Positions 11,661 to 20,982 are shown, counted from the first letter of the stretch. The stretch: 64,000 nt of DNA from Planctomycetota bacterium (GCA_031409275.1 JANNXA010000027.1:114146-178145), one strand, 5' to 3'. Notes: generated by a model from the sequence alone, not told the origin. A program made the numbers and translations.

Positions 11661-14375
11661 ATGGCACTCACCGGCGACCTCGGATCGATCGACCTCGTCA
11701 ACGTCTTCCAGATGCTCTTGCTGAGCCAGAAGACGGGAACGCTGGTGATCCGTTCGCGCGGGAGCCGCAGCGAGGTCTATCTCGACTCCGACAGCGTCCT
11801 CGTGCCGTTCGATCGCGACGCCTACCCGACGCGGGTCGTCAAGGCGCTCGAGCGCGCGGGCAAGCTCACCGCCGAGCAGGTGGCGCGCGCGCAGGCGAGC
11901 CTCGGAGTGGTCCAGCGCGACCTCTTCACCATCCTGCTGCAGATGCGGGCCGTCACCTCCGAGGACTTCTCGGCCGCGTGGCGCGCCGAGATGGAAGAGG
12001 AGATCTACGAGCTGTTCGTCGATCGCGCGGCGACCTTCGAGTTCCGCGAGGGCGAAGCGCCGAGCCTGCCCGGCAAGGTGGTCGACGAACGCTACCGCCT
12101 CTCCGGAAGCGGACTGCTGATGGAGGCCGCCCGTCGAATCGACGAGTGGGGGTTCATCCGGGAACGCGTCGCGACCGACCGCTGCATCTTCGAGGTCAGC
12201 AATGGCGCGCAGGCGCTGCCGGAGTCGGAGCGCGACAGCGACATGATGGCGGTGGTGCGCGAGCTCGACGGCACGCGCCCGGTGACCGCCGTCGTTGCCC
12301 GAACCGGCGTCAAGCGCTTCACCGTCTGCAAGAAGCTGGCGCTGCTGGTCGAGCTGCACGCCGCCTACGAAGTCGGGCGCGATGCGCTGGTCGAACGCGC
12401 GCGCCGTTGCCTGCGCGAGCAGCGCGGTGAAGAAGGGTTGGCGCTGCTCGAGCGGGCGCTCGAACTCGGCTCCGACGATCCGCAGGCGCACGAGATGGCC
12501 GCGCTCGCCCATCAGTCGCTCGGTCGGATCGGCGAAGCGTGTCGACACCTCGCGCTGGTGGCCGAAGCGCTGGAACGGGCGGGCCAGCGGCGTCAGGCGG
12601 CGGAAGTGCACCTGCGCGTCCGTGACCTGCTGCCGACCGAGGTTCGCAGCCGCGAGCGGCTCGTGCACCATTGGCTCGACGATCCCGAGTTCTTCAAGGG
12701 CACGCGCTACCGCGCCGAGGACGAGGCGGTGGAGCTCGCGGCGATCCTGCGAGAACTCGGCCGTGCCGAACAGGCGCGCGCTCTGCTCCTCGAGCTGGCG
12801 ACACCCTTCGCGAAGGACTCGCGCCTGACCGGCAAGCTCGCCGACCTCGCCGTCGAGAGCGGCGAGCCGAAGCTCGCCGTCCAGCTTCTGGTCGATGGCA
12901 GCGACGCGCTGATGAAGGCGAAGCAGCCGGCGGCCGCGGCGCGCCTGCTGCGACGCGTGCGCATGATCGAGCCGAACCACGAAGGGCTCGACTCGCGACT
13001 CGCCTCGTGCGAGCGGCATGCCGCGCTCGCGCCGCTGCGCGGTGGCCGGTTGCTGCGCATCGGCTTCGGGCTCGTGATGCTGATCGGTGGCGCCGCGGGT
13101 GTCCTGCTCTACAACCGCGAGGCGCTCGCTTCCTTCGCGCAGCTGCCGATCGAGGAGCGGGCGGTCGCCGGCGACTTCGACGGGGCCTTGCAGGAACTCG
13201 AGCGTTTCCGCGAGGACTATCGAGGCGCCCTCACCGGATGGCTGATCGACGAACGCGTCGAGGTGCTGCGCTCGCGGCGCAACAGCGCGTCGACGGCGGC
13301 CGTCGAGCGCAAGGCGCTGCTCGCCACCGAGCAGGTTCGGCGCCAGAAGGTGGCCGAACGCAGCTACGGCGAGGCGCTCGACCATCTGCGACTCGGTGAT
13401 CGCGTCGCGGCGCTCGCGGCTTTCGACCGGTCGGCCGAGCATGCGACCGATCCTCGATTCATCGCCGAACGCGCACCGGCGGGCAAGGCGCGCGAGCTGC
13501 GCGCGTTGCTCGATTCGGAGCAGCAGGAGCAGATCGCCTACGCGCAGGCGCACGAGCAGCAGTCGTGGGAGCGCATGCGCGAACTCGGGATGCGGCTGTT
13601 GGCGCGCCGTGATCCGCGCAGCGAGGAGGCGCCGATCCTGCTGCCGCTGCGCCTCGTCGTCGATCCGCCCGAAGCGCAGATCACGCTGACGCCGCCGCCG
13701 CTCGATGGCCAGGTCGCCAGGAGCCCGGCGCTGCTGCTGCTGCCGGCCGGAAGCGAGACGAAGGTCGTCGTGCGCTGTGCGGGACGCTGCGAGGTCGAGC
13801 TTTCGATCGCGCCGGAGCGAGGGTTCGAGCAGATCGTGCGCCTCGACTATCTGCCGGATCCTGCGTTCGAACTGCCGCATCGCGCCGCTTTCCCGGCGCT
13901 CGTCGTCGGCGATCTCGTCGTCGTCGCCTGCGAGGACGGGCGCGTGATCGCCGTCGATTCGCGCACGTTCGAGGAGCGCTGGCACCAGCAGCTTCCCGAG
14001 CTCGATGACGCCGCGGGTCCGCCGACCCTGGACGACGTGGGCATCCGCATCCCGACCCGCAAAGGGGCGGTGGTCTGGCTCGATGCCACGGCGGGCGCGC
14101 GCGTGCAGTTTCAATCCACCGGGGGGACGGCCCAGGCCGCCGCGGGCAGCAACCAGGTGCGGCTGGCGGGCGGCATGAGCCTGGGCGCCGATGACACGCG
14201 TGTCACGTTGCGTGACAAGGCAGGCGTCTCGTTGGCGGTCTGGCGAACGCCTGGCCCGTCCGACTGGGGAGTCGCCGTCCCGGGGGGCGCGCTCTTCTGC
14301 TGCGGCGATCGCCTGGTGCGAATCGTTCCCGATCGGGTGCTCGCCTCCAAGTCGGCCGGGGAGAACGGTCGATGA
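11661..14375 (+). CDS. DUF4388 domain + TPR + TM + PEGA-like/PQQ-like beta-propeller membrane protein
   Basis: N-terminal MALTGDLGSIDLVNVFQML..SQKTGTLVI and GLLMEAARRIDEW (DUF4388), then helical TPR-like repeats, a TM segment LLRIGFGLVMLIGGAAGVLLY, and a C-terminal GDLVVVACEDGRVIAVD...ERW PQQ-like repeat. Confidence 0.78.
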   Translation: MALTGDLGSIDLVNVFQMLLLSQKTGTLVIRSRGSRSEVYLDSDSVLVPFDRDAYPTRVVKALERAGKLTAEQVARAQASLGVVQRDLFTILLQMRAVTSEDFSAAWRAEMEEEIYELFVDRAATFEFREGEAPSLPGKVVDERYRLSGSGLLMEAARRIDEWGFIRERVATDRCIFEVSNGAQALPESERDSDMMAVVRELDGTRPVTAVVARTGVKRFTVCKKLALLVELHAAYEVGRDALVERARRCLREQRGEEGLALLERALELGSDDPQAHEMAALAHQSLGRIGEACRHLALVAEALERAGQRRQAAEVHLRVRDLLPTEVRSRERLVHHWLDDPEFFKGTRYRAEDEAVELAAILRELGRAEQARALLLELATPFAKDSRLTGKLADLAVESGEPKLAVQLLVDGSDALMKAKQPAAAARLLRRVRMIEPNHEGLDSRLASCERHAALAPLRGGRLLRIGFGLVMLIGGAAGVLLYNREALASFAQLPIEERAVAGDFDGALQELERFREDYRGALTGWLIDERVEVLRSRRNSASTAAVERKALLATEQVRRQKVAERSYGEALDHLRLGDRVAALAAFDRSAEHATDPRFIAERAPAGKARELRALLDSEQQEQIAYAQAHEQQSWERMRELGMRLLARRDPRSEEAPILLPLRLVVDPPEAQITLTPPPLDGQVARSPALLLLPAGSETKVVVRCAGRCEVELSIAPERGFEQIVRLDYLPDPAFELPHRAAFPALVVGDLVVVACEDGRVIAVDSRTFEERWHQQLPELDDAAGPPTLDDVGIRIPTRKGAVVWLDATAGARVQFQSTGGTAQAAAGSNQVRLAGGMSLGADDTRVTLRDKAGVSLAVWRTPGPSDWGVAVPGGALFCCGDRLVRIVPDRVLASKSAGENGR

Positions 14376-14444
14376 CTGGTCCGATGGACGTCCCGCCCAG
14401 CGGAACGTCGCTTCCGCATTCCTGATTCTGGAGCGCATGGCGTC

Positions 14445-15608
14445 GTGGGATTCCTGGCACGATCGCGTGATCGACTGCTGCTGTCGCGCCGGCTGGCGCG
14501 CTGGCGCGACGCGCCATCGCCGGCCGCATTGACCGAAGCGGTGCATACGCTGCTGCGCCTTGGCGAAGTCGAACGCGCCTGGACGCTCGCTCGCCAGGGC
14601 TACGCGAAGTTCAAGGACGACGACCTCGTTCGCGAGCTCTATCGAATCGTCGGTCGCGCCCACGCCGAGCACGGTCTCGTCGCCGCGCAGGACGAGGTGA
14701 AGAGCCGTCCGACCGCTGCGGCATTCGTCCGCCTCGCGCGCTTCGCGGTGCTGCTGCGCGACGTCGAAGGCGCATTCGTCGCGCTCGAGGAGTGCTTGCG
14801 CCGATTCCCCGCTTCCGCAGCGGCGCATGCCGCGCTCGGCGAGTTGCACGAGCAGCGCTGGCTGCGCGATCTCGCCGCGGCCGATGGCTGCGTCGTCCTC
14901 ACGCATCTGCGCAAGGCGTGGCGGCTCGACGGCGCCGAGCCCACGCGTCCGCTGCGTCTCGCCGCGTTCCTGGCGCGCGTCGGCGCGGTGCGAGCGGCGC
15001 TGAACGTCGCCAACGAAGTACTGCACCTCCACGAGGAGCACGCCGATGCGATCGCCTTGCGCGACAGCCTCGCGCGTGTCGTCGCAGCGGGCGTGCAGGC
15101 GGGAACGATCGCCGCGGAAGGCGAGGAGGATGTCGAATCGCTCCTGCGCCAGATCGAGGAGAGCGGTCGCGTCGTCGGCGATCCGGGCGATGCGACGCGG
15201 GTGGCTCGCGAGAGCGAGCGCCTGCGCGCGTTCCTGCCGGCGTTGCGCGAGCGAACCGGTTGCGAGAAGGCGTTGGTGGTCGAGCCCAAGGGCCACGCGC
15301 AGGACGAGCGCGGCGCGCTCGGCGCTTCGCCGCTCGTCAATCTTGCGGCCAACCTCTCCCGTTCAGGGCAGTTCACCGTGCGGCGGCTCGATCTCGGGCC
15401 GCTCCAGTCGGTGACGATGGTGACGACGGGCGGCTCGCTGCTGCTCCAGCGCGCGCAACGATGCCTGGTCGGCGTGCTGCTCGATCAACCCGACGCCGTC
15501 GAGCGCGGCAAGGCCGGCCTCGAGGATCTGGTGGCGGGTCGACTTCGCGCCACTCCGCTGGTCGCGTCGCGCCCGGTCGCCGCGCGCGTCGCCAAGGACC
15601 CCACATGA
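14445..15608 (+). CDS. TPR protein with C-terminal roadblock/LC7-like domain
   Basis: TPR-like helices (ALEECLRRFPASAAAHAALGELH). The C-terminal 120 aa, LRERTGCEKALVVEPKG...RRLDLGPLQSVTMVTTGGSLLL, follow the roadblock pattern. Confidence 0.65.
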   Translation: MGFLARSRDRLLLSRRLARWRDAPSPAALTEAVHTLLRLGEVERAWTLARQGYAKFKDDDLVRELYRIVGRAHAEHGLVAAQDEVKSRPTAAAFVRLARFAVLLRDVEGAFVALEECLRRFPASAAAHAALGELHEQRWLRDLAAADGCVVLTHLRKAWRLDGAEPTRPLRLAAFLARVGAVRAALNVANEVLHLHEEHADAIALRDSLARVVAAGVQAGTIAAEGEEDVESLLRQIEESGRVVGDPGDATRVARESERLRAFLPALRERTGCEKALVVEPKGHAQDERGALGASPLVNLAANLSRSGQFTVRRLDLGPLQSVTMVTTGGSLLLQRAQRCLVGVLLDQPDAVERGKAGLEDLVAGRLRATPLVASRPVAARVAKDPT

Positions 15609-15961
15609 AAGAGATCCTTCAGCGGCTGGAAGGGGTGCCAGGCGTGGTCGGCGCGCTGGTGATGACGCTCGACGGCGTCGTCATCGCGTCCGTGCCGCAG
15701 GGGGTCGACCTCGATCGGACCGCCGCGTTCCTGTCGGCGGTCCTGCTCAGTGTCGAGAAGAGCGCCGAACAGCTCGGACTGGTGCCGCTGCAGCGACTCA
15801 CGCTGGCGGCGACGCGCGGCCGACTGCTGCTCGTCCCGGTCGGCGAGCTGGCGCTCGCCGTCGTCGCCGACGGCACCACCGACCTCGGGCCGGCGCTGAA
15901 CGAGGTGGCGGGGCTCACGAGGCGCCTGCTCCGGCAAAGCAAGATCAACGTGGCGGATTAG
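15605..15961 (+). CDS. Roadblock/LC7 domain protein (MglB/MglC-like)
   Basis: MKEILQRLEGVPGVVGALVMTLDGVVIAS...AEQLGLVPLQRLTL...GRLLLVPVGELALAVVAD. ATGA-coupled to the upstream gene. Confidence 0.85.
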   Translation: MKEILQRLEGVPGVVGALVMTLDGVVIASVPQGVDLDRTAAFLSAVLLSVEKSAEQLGLVPLQRLTLAATRGRLLLVPVGELALAVVADGTTDLGPALNEVAGLTRRLLRQSKINVAD

Positions 15962-16019
15962 CGATCGGCGCGCAGCGGTCGATGACGACGAACGATTCAC
16001 CGAGGAAGGTGCAAACGCG

Positions 16020-17135
16020 ATGGTGCAGATCAACTTCGCCCGCAAAGAGATCAACTGCAAGATCGTCTATTACGGGCCTGGCCTGTCGGGAAAGACGACG
16101 AGCCTCGAGGTCGTGCATCAACGCACGCCGCAAGGCCACAAAGGGGAGCTGACGTCGATCTCCACCGATGGCGATCGGACGCTCTTCTTCGACTTCATGC
16201 CGCTCGACCTCGGGACGATCGCCGGGATGAAGGTGAAGTTCCACCTCTACACCGTGCCCGGACAGGTCTACTACAACTCCACGCGCAAGCTCGTGCTGCT
16301 CGGCGCCGACGGAATCATCTTCGTCGCCGACTCGACGCCGGGCCGCATGGAGGACAACCAGCAGTCGATGGACAACCTCGCCGAGAACCTCACCGAGATG
16401 GGGCGCGAGGTGAACCGGCTGCCGCTGGTGATCCAATGGAACAAGCGGGACCTGCCCAATCCGGTGCCGCTCGCCGAGCTCGAGGCGAAGCTCAACCCGA
16501 ACAAGGTGCCGACCTTCGAGACGTCGGCGAAGACGGGTGATGGCGTGTTCCAGGCCCTGAAGTCGATCTCCGCGCTGGTCCTGGAGGACATCAACTCGAG
16601 CGACCGCAAGCAGGCGGGCGGCATCCAGAACAACGCGAAGCGCGCCGGGGCACCGGCCGTCCAGAGCAAGGCGACGGCGAGCGAGCCGGCCGGCGCTTCG
16701 AGCGGCTCGATGCCCGATCGCGATGCCGGCAAGGTGTTGCGCCCGGTTCCGACTCCGGCGCGCACGGCCGCAGCGGCCGCCGCGACGAGCGGTGCGACCG
16801 CGACCGCGACGGCCCAGGGTGGCGCCTCGGCGAAGGCGGTCGCCGCGACCAAGCCGGCCGCGGCGCCGGCGGCTGGGCCGGCACCACGCACGGCGGAACC
16901 TGTCGCTGCGACGGAGCCGCGAGCGGCGTCGCGCGCACCGATGACGGAGTCGAAGGCGGCGCTGAAGAACGAGATGCAGCAGATGGCGCAGAAGCGGGCC
17001 GAGAAGCCCGCGGCGTCAGGGGCCGCGACGCACGCGTCTTCGGGCAACTCGAAGATGTTCGCCTTCATGGCGCTCGGGATCCTGGCCGGCGCCGTCGCCG
17101 CTGTGGTCGCCGCCAAGTTGCTGCTCGGGTTCTGA
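16020..17135 (+). CDS. mglA: MglA-family Ras-like GTPase with C-terminal linker and hydrophobic tail
   Basis: INFARKEINCKIVYYGPGLSGKTT (G1), DRTLFFDF (G2, intrinsic Arg), FHLYTVPGQVYYNSTRKL (G3) and QWNKRDLP (G4), followed by ~150 aa Ala/Pro-rich sequence and a terminal hydrophobic helix. Confidence 0.93.
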   Translation: MVQINFARKEINCKIVYYGPGLSGKTTSLEVVHQRTPQGHKGELTSISTDGDRTLFFDFMPLDLGTIAGMKVKFHLYTVPGQVYYNSTRKLVLLGADGIIFVADSTPGRMEDNQQSMDNLAENLTEMGREVNRLPLVIQWNKRDLPNPVPLAELEAKLNPNKVPTFETSAKTGDGVFQALKSISALVLEDINSSDRKQAGGIQNNAKRAGAPAVQSKATASEPAGASSGSMPDRDAGKVLRPVPTPARTAAAAAATSGATATATAQGGASAKAVAATKPAAAPAAGPAPRTAEPVAATEPRAASRAPMTESKAALKNEMQQMAQKRAEKPAASGAATHASSGNSKMFAFMALGILAGAVAAVVAAKLLLGF

Positions 17136-17193
17136 ACGGTTCCGCGATCCGACTTGTCGCGTCCGTCGCTCGGACGCATGCACGGAGCATGAA

Positions 17194-17721
17194 ATGTCGA
17201 AGGACCAGCAGTTGCGCGACGATCGCTTGGTCTTCTATCGGAACGACCTCGGCCGCATCGACCGCGTGCTCGAGGAGTTCCTGCGTCTCGCCGGCGCGTC
17301 GACCGTGCTGCTGATCGACAAAGAGGGGCACATGATCACGCAAGCCGGCAAGGTGCCGAGCTTCAACATGGACACGATCAGTGCGCTGGTCGCCGGCTCT
17401 TTCAGCGCGACGCGAGAGATGGCTCGCCTGCTCGGCGAGAAGGAGTTCTCGGCGCTCTATCACCAGGGCGAACGCGACAACATCCAGCTGTCGCTGGTGG
17501 GCGATCGGACCATCCTCACGGTGCTCTTCGACGACTCGACCACGCTCGGCATGGTGCGCCTCTACGTCACCGAAGCGGTGCGCAAGCTCGAGGACCTCTT
17601 CGTCGAGATCTGCCGAGGTCGCAGCGACCCCAACGCCCAGGGGCGCGCCGACATGGACGATCTCGCGAACATCAAGAACTCGGCGAAGGACACGCTCGAC
17701 GCGCTCTTCGACGGCAACTGA
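17194..17721 (+). CDS. mglB: MglB-family roadblock protein (putative GAP of MglA)
   Basis: LLIDKEGHMIT..G...ISALVAGSFSATREMARLLGEKEFSALYHQGERDNIQLSLVG...LTVLFDDSTTLGMVRL, with a C-terminal LDALF helix. Confidence 0.9.
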   Translation: MSKDQQLRDDRLVFYRNDLGRIDRVLEEFLRLAGASTVLLIDKEGHMITQAGKVPSFNMDTISALVAGSFSATREMARLLGEKEFSALYHQGERDNIQLSLVGDRTILTVLFDDSTTLGMVRLYVTEAVRKLEDLFVEICRGRSDPNAQGRADMDDLANIKNSAKDTLDALFDGN

Positions 17722-17755
17722 CCGGTCGCGTCAGGCTCCGCGCGCGGCGGTGTCA

Positions 17756-19267
17756 CTACCGCTTCAGTCGCGCGAGGTTGTTGGTCGCGTCCGTCTTCGC
17801 GGATTGCGCCATCTCGCGCGTGACCTGCGACGTGAGCGGGTCGGCGATCAGCGCGTCGGCGGCGGCGATCGCGCGCTCGTACAGCGAGCCGGCCAGAGCG
17901 AGGTCCTTCTTCAGGTAGTCCTGCAGGATCAGCGCCGCGTCGTTCAGGAAGCGCGGCTGCTCCGGGGCGAGCTCGATCAGGTGGGAGTAGGCCTCCCATG
18001 ACGGCTCGTACTGGCCGGTCTCCCGGCACAGGAAGGCGTAGTTGTTGCAGACGTTCTGGTCCTCAGGCGCCAACAGCCAGGCGATCCCGAACAGGTCGCG
18101 CGCCGAGTCGGCCGCCTTCTTCTTCACTTCCTGATCGGCGAGGAACTGCAGCGCCGCGGCGACGGTCGCTTGGGTGCCGAGGTGGAGCAGCAGCGCGCGG
18201 CCGCCCTCGCGATCGGCGGCGAACGCGGTCTTCCACTCGCGCGCGGCGTCGTCGAACTTCTGCGTGCGGAACGCCGCCTCGGCCATCCCGAGCGCGCACG
18301 GCAGCACCAGCGATTCGTCGAGCGCGCGCGCCTTCTTGAACAGCGTCGCCGCCGGCTCCCACTCGCGCGCGAAGAGGCGCGCCTGGCCGACACAGAAGAG
18401 CGCGTAACCAGGACGCGGGTCGTTTCCGCTGACGCGCTTCTCGGCGGCCGTGAGCGCGGCTTCGAGCGTCGCGCGCGCGGCCTGCGCGAGATCGGGCACC
18501 TTGAGGTAGGCCAGGACGAGATCGAGCGTCGGCCGATCGAACGGTTCGATCTCGAAGGCGCCCTTCCACGCCGCGAGCGCTTCCGTCCAGTGCTCGAACG
18601 CGTGATGGAGGTCGCCGAGCCGCAGCCGCAGCTCGGCCGATTTCGGGTCGTCGCGGATCAGCGTTTCGAGCGCGTTCTTGGCCTCTTCGTAGTCGGCGTC
18701 GGCGCCCGCCTCGACCTGCTGGCGTGCGACGTGATAGGCGATCTGGCCACTCAGCGTGCGCTGCCCGGCCCGATCGAGCCCGCGCTGTTCCGCCTGCGCC
18801 TTCGCGGCGCGCGCTCCCTCGAAGTCGCGCAGTTCGAGCAGCGCCTCGGCGGCGACGACCCATGGCTGCGGATCGGTCGGCGCCAGCGCGGCGGCACGCT
18901 CCGCCTGGTTCTGCGCGTCGAGCAGGAAGTAGCGCGTCTCCTCTTCTTCGCCGCGCCCGATCGCGACGCGCGAGCGCGCACGGCGCAAGAAGGTGCGCGC
19001 GAGGCCGAGGCGCAGATCGGCGTCGTTGGCGCCGCGGGCGATCGCGTCGAGGAGCGCGCTGCAGGCGGCGTCGTCGTTCCCGAGCGCGAGTTCAGCGAGG
19101 CCGAGCCCTCCCTGCGCGCGAACGTCGCCCGGCGCCCGTTTCATCTGGTTCTTGAACGCCGTCCGCGCGAACGCGGGCTTGCCTTGCTTCAGGTAGTCGA
19201 AGCCATCGCCGCGCGCACCGACCTGAGGCGTGGTCAGCAGGGCGATCAGCAGCACCGCTGCGGTCAT
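17756..19267 (-). CDS. Exported TPR-repeat protein
   Basis: Signal peptide (AAVLLIALLTTPQ) and many TPR repeats. C-terminal NNYAFLCRETGQYE...PRFLNDAALIL. Confidence 0.8.
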   Translation of the reverse strand: MTAAVLLIALLTTPQVGARGDGFDYLKQGKPAFARTAFKNQMKRAPGDVRAQGGLGLAELALGNDDAACSALLDAIARGANDADLRLGLARTFLRRARSRVAIGRGEEEETRYFLLDAQNQAERAAALAPTDPQPWVVAAEALLELRDFEGARAAKAQAEQRGLDRAGQRTLSGQIAYHVARQQVEAGADADYEEAKNALETLIRDDPKSAELRLRLGDLHHAFEHWTEALAAWKGAFEIEPFDRPTLDLVLAYLKVPDLAQAARATLEAALTAAEKRVSGNDPRPGYALFCVGQARLFAREWEPAATLFKKARALDESLVLPCALGMAEAAFRTQKFDDAAREWKTAFAADREGGRALLLHLGTQATVAAALQFLADQEVKKKAADSARDLFGIAWLLAPEDQNVCNNYAFLCRETGQYEPSWEAYSHLIELAPEQPRFLNDAALILQDYLKKDLALAGSLYERAIAAADALIADPLTSQVTREMAQSAKTDATNNLARLKR

Positions 19268-20982
19268 TCCGCGTCGCCGCCTTCGCCCTCGCTGTCGGCG
19301 TCCGCCTCCTCCTCGGAGCTTCCCGCCTCGGCATCGGCGGCGGCCTTCTCCTTCGCCGCCTTCTCTTCAGCGGCCTTGTCCTGCTCCGCTTGCCACTCGT
19401 CCGGGAGCAGCGTCTTCTTCCAGTGGGAGACTTCGCTGCGCTTCGGGAGTTTCTGCTCGAGTTCGCGCAGGCGCGCGATCGCGAGCTCCTTGCGGCCATC
19501 CTGCGAGTACATGTTGATCAGGTTGCCGTAGGCGTCACCGAGGGTGAGTTGGTCATCGGCGCGCTCGCTCGTGGTGCGCCCTTCGGCGTGCAGGCCGCGG
19601 TCCGCAAGCTCGATGGCGCGGACGAGCCACTCCTCGGCGCGGTCCATGTCGCGCCCGAGGTGGTACATCAGGATCAGCGCGCCATCGTTCAGGTAGCGCG
19701 GGTTCTCCGGTTCGAGCGCGAGGGCTCGGCGATAGGCCTGGAAGCTCTCCTCGTACTTCTTGCACTCGCGCGCGAAGAAGCCCCAGTTGTTCCAGTTGTC
19801 CGCCTTCTCCGGTTCGACCATCGCGCGCTTGCTGGCGAAGGCGCGGATCTCCTCCCACTGCTCCGGCTTCATCGCTTCGCCGCCGAACTTCTTCCACATC
19901 GCATCCTGCAGAACCTGCAGGCAGTCGTGGGCGTCGGCGTGGGTGGAGTCGAGGTCGAGCGCGCTGAAGATCGCCGCCTCGGCATCGCCGAATTTCTCGG
20001 CCAGCGTCAGCGCGCGACCGCGAAACGCACGCAGCGTGGGGAGGTACGCCTGGACCGCCTGCGCGAGCGCCGGGTCGCTCTTGGCGGCGGCGCGGAAGTC
20101 GGTCTCCGCATGGAGGTAGTCCTCGGCGGCGGCAACGAAGTCCTTGGTCTTGTTGAAGGCGACGTGGCCCTTGAGCTCGTGCACTCGCGAGCGATACCAG
20201 CGGCTGATCGCCGGCTCGTCGACGAGGCCCGTCAGGAAGTCGCTCGCCTCGTCGAAGAGCAGCGTCTGCGCGATCACCTTCAGGTGCGCCTCGTGGAGCG
20301 CGGTGTCGGCGGGGTGCATCTGAAGCGCCTTGCGGTACGCGCGCGCGGCGAGGCGAGGCTCATCCTTCGCAGCGTGGATCTCCGCCTGGCGCCGGAAGAC
20401 GTCGACTTGCGCATCCGCGAGACCGCTCGCCCGTTCGAGCGCCGCCTCGGCGTCGGCGAGTCGCGCCTTCGCGCCGCCTTCATCCTCGTTCTCGAGCGCG
20501 AACTCCCGCGCCATCAGGAGCGCATCGGAGAGGTCGAGCAGCAGTTCCGGCGTCGGTGCGCCGAGCTTCTCGGCGTGATAGAGCGTGTCGATCGCTTCGC
20601 TGAACTTCCCGGCGACCACCAGCACGTGGCCGAGGGTCGCCCAGGCGCCGCTGCCGTGCGGGTCGAGTTCCACCGCGTTGCGGGCCGCCTCCTCTGCGCG
20701 CTCGATCGTCGTTTGTGCGCGTTCGCTTCCATCTTCCTCGCCCGACCGCGCCTGCTGTTGCGCGGTGAGGCAGCGCGCGCGCGCGAGCAGGATCCAGCCA
20801 CGCGCCTCCTTCGGCTGCTCCTTCAGCGCCTCTTCGAAGAGCGCCGTCGCTTCGTCGACGCGGCCGGAATGCAGCGCTTCGCGGCCTTTTGCGAGCGCGC
20901 GCTCGACGTCGGCGGCCGGAGCCGGGGAGGCCAGTCCGGACAGCAGCAGGGCGCTGAAAGGGGCGAGGAAAGTGAGGCGCAC
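19264..20982 (-). CDS. Exported TPR-repeat protein
   Basis: Signal peptide (LLLSGLASPAPA-A) and TPR repeats. NNWGFFARECKKYE...PRYLNDGALIL. The stop overlaps the downstream start (ATGA). Confidence 0.8.
   Translation of the reverse strand: MRLTFLAPFSALLLSGLASPAPAADVERALAKGREALHSGRVDEATALFEEALKEQPKEARGWILLARARCLTAQQQARSGEEDGSERAQTTIERAEEAARNAVELDPHGSGAWATLGHVLVVAGKFSEAIDTLYHAEKLGAPTPELLLDLSDALLMAREFALENEDEGGAKARLADAEAALERASGLADAQVDVFRRQAEIHAAKDEPRLAARAYRKALQMHPADTALHEAHLKVIAQTLLFDEASDFLTGLVDEPAISRWYRSRVHELKGHVAFNKTKDFVAAAEDYLHAETDFRAAAKSDPALAQAVQAYLPTLRAFRGRALTLAEKFGDAEAAIFSALDLDSTHADAHDCLQVLQDAMWKKFGGEAMKPEQWEEIRAFASKRAMVEPEKADNWNNWGFFARECKKYEESFQAYRRALALEPENPRYLNDGALILMYHLGRDMDRAEEWLVRAIELADRGLHAEGRTTSERADDQLTLGDAYGNLINMYSQDGRKELAIARLRELEQKLPKRSEVSHWKKTLLPDEWQAEQDKAAEEKAAKEKAAADAEAGSSEEEADADSEGEGGDAE

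Noticed and set aside
10950..15296. 1448-aa minus-strand ORF, and similar long ORFs at 25985-28690, 30179-32809, 33166-35841, 37718-40000 and 45486-48188
   Set aside because: These are antisense shadows of well-supported genes in high-GC DNA. They have Arg/Ala-rich composition and no motifs.
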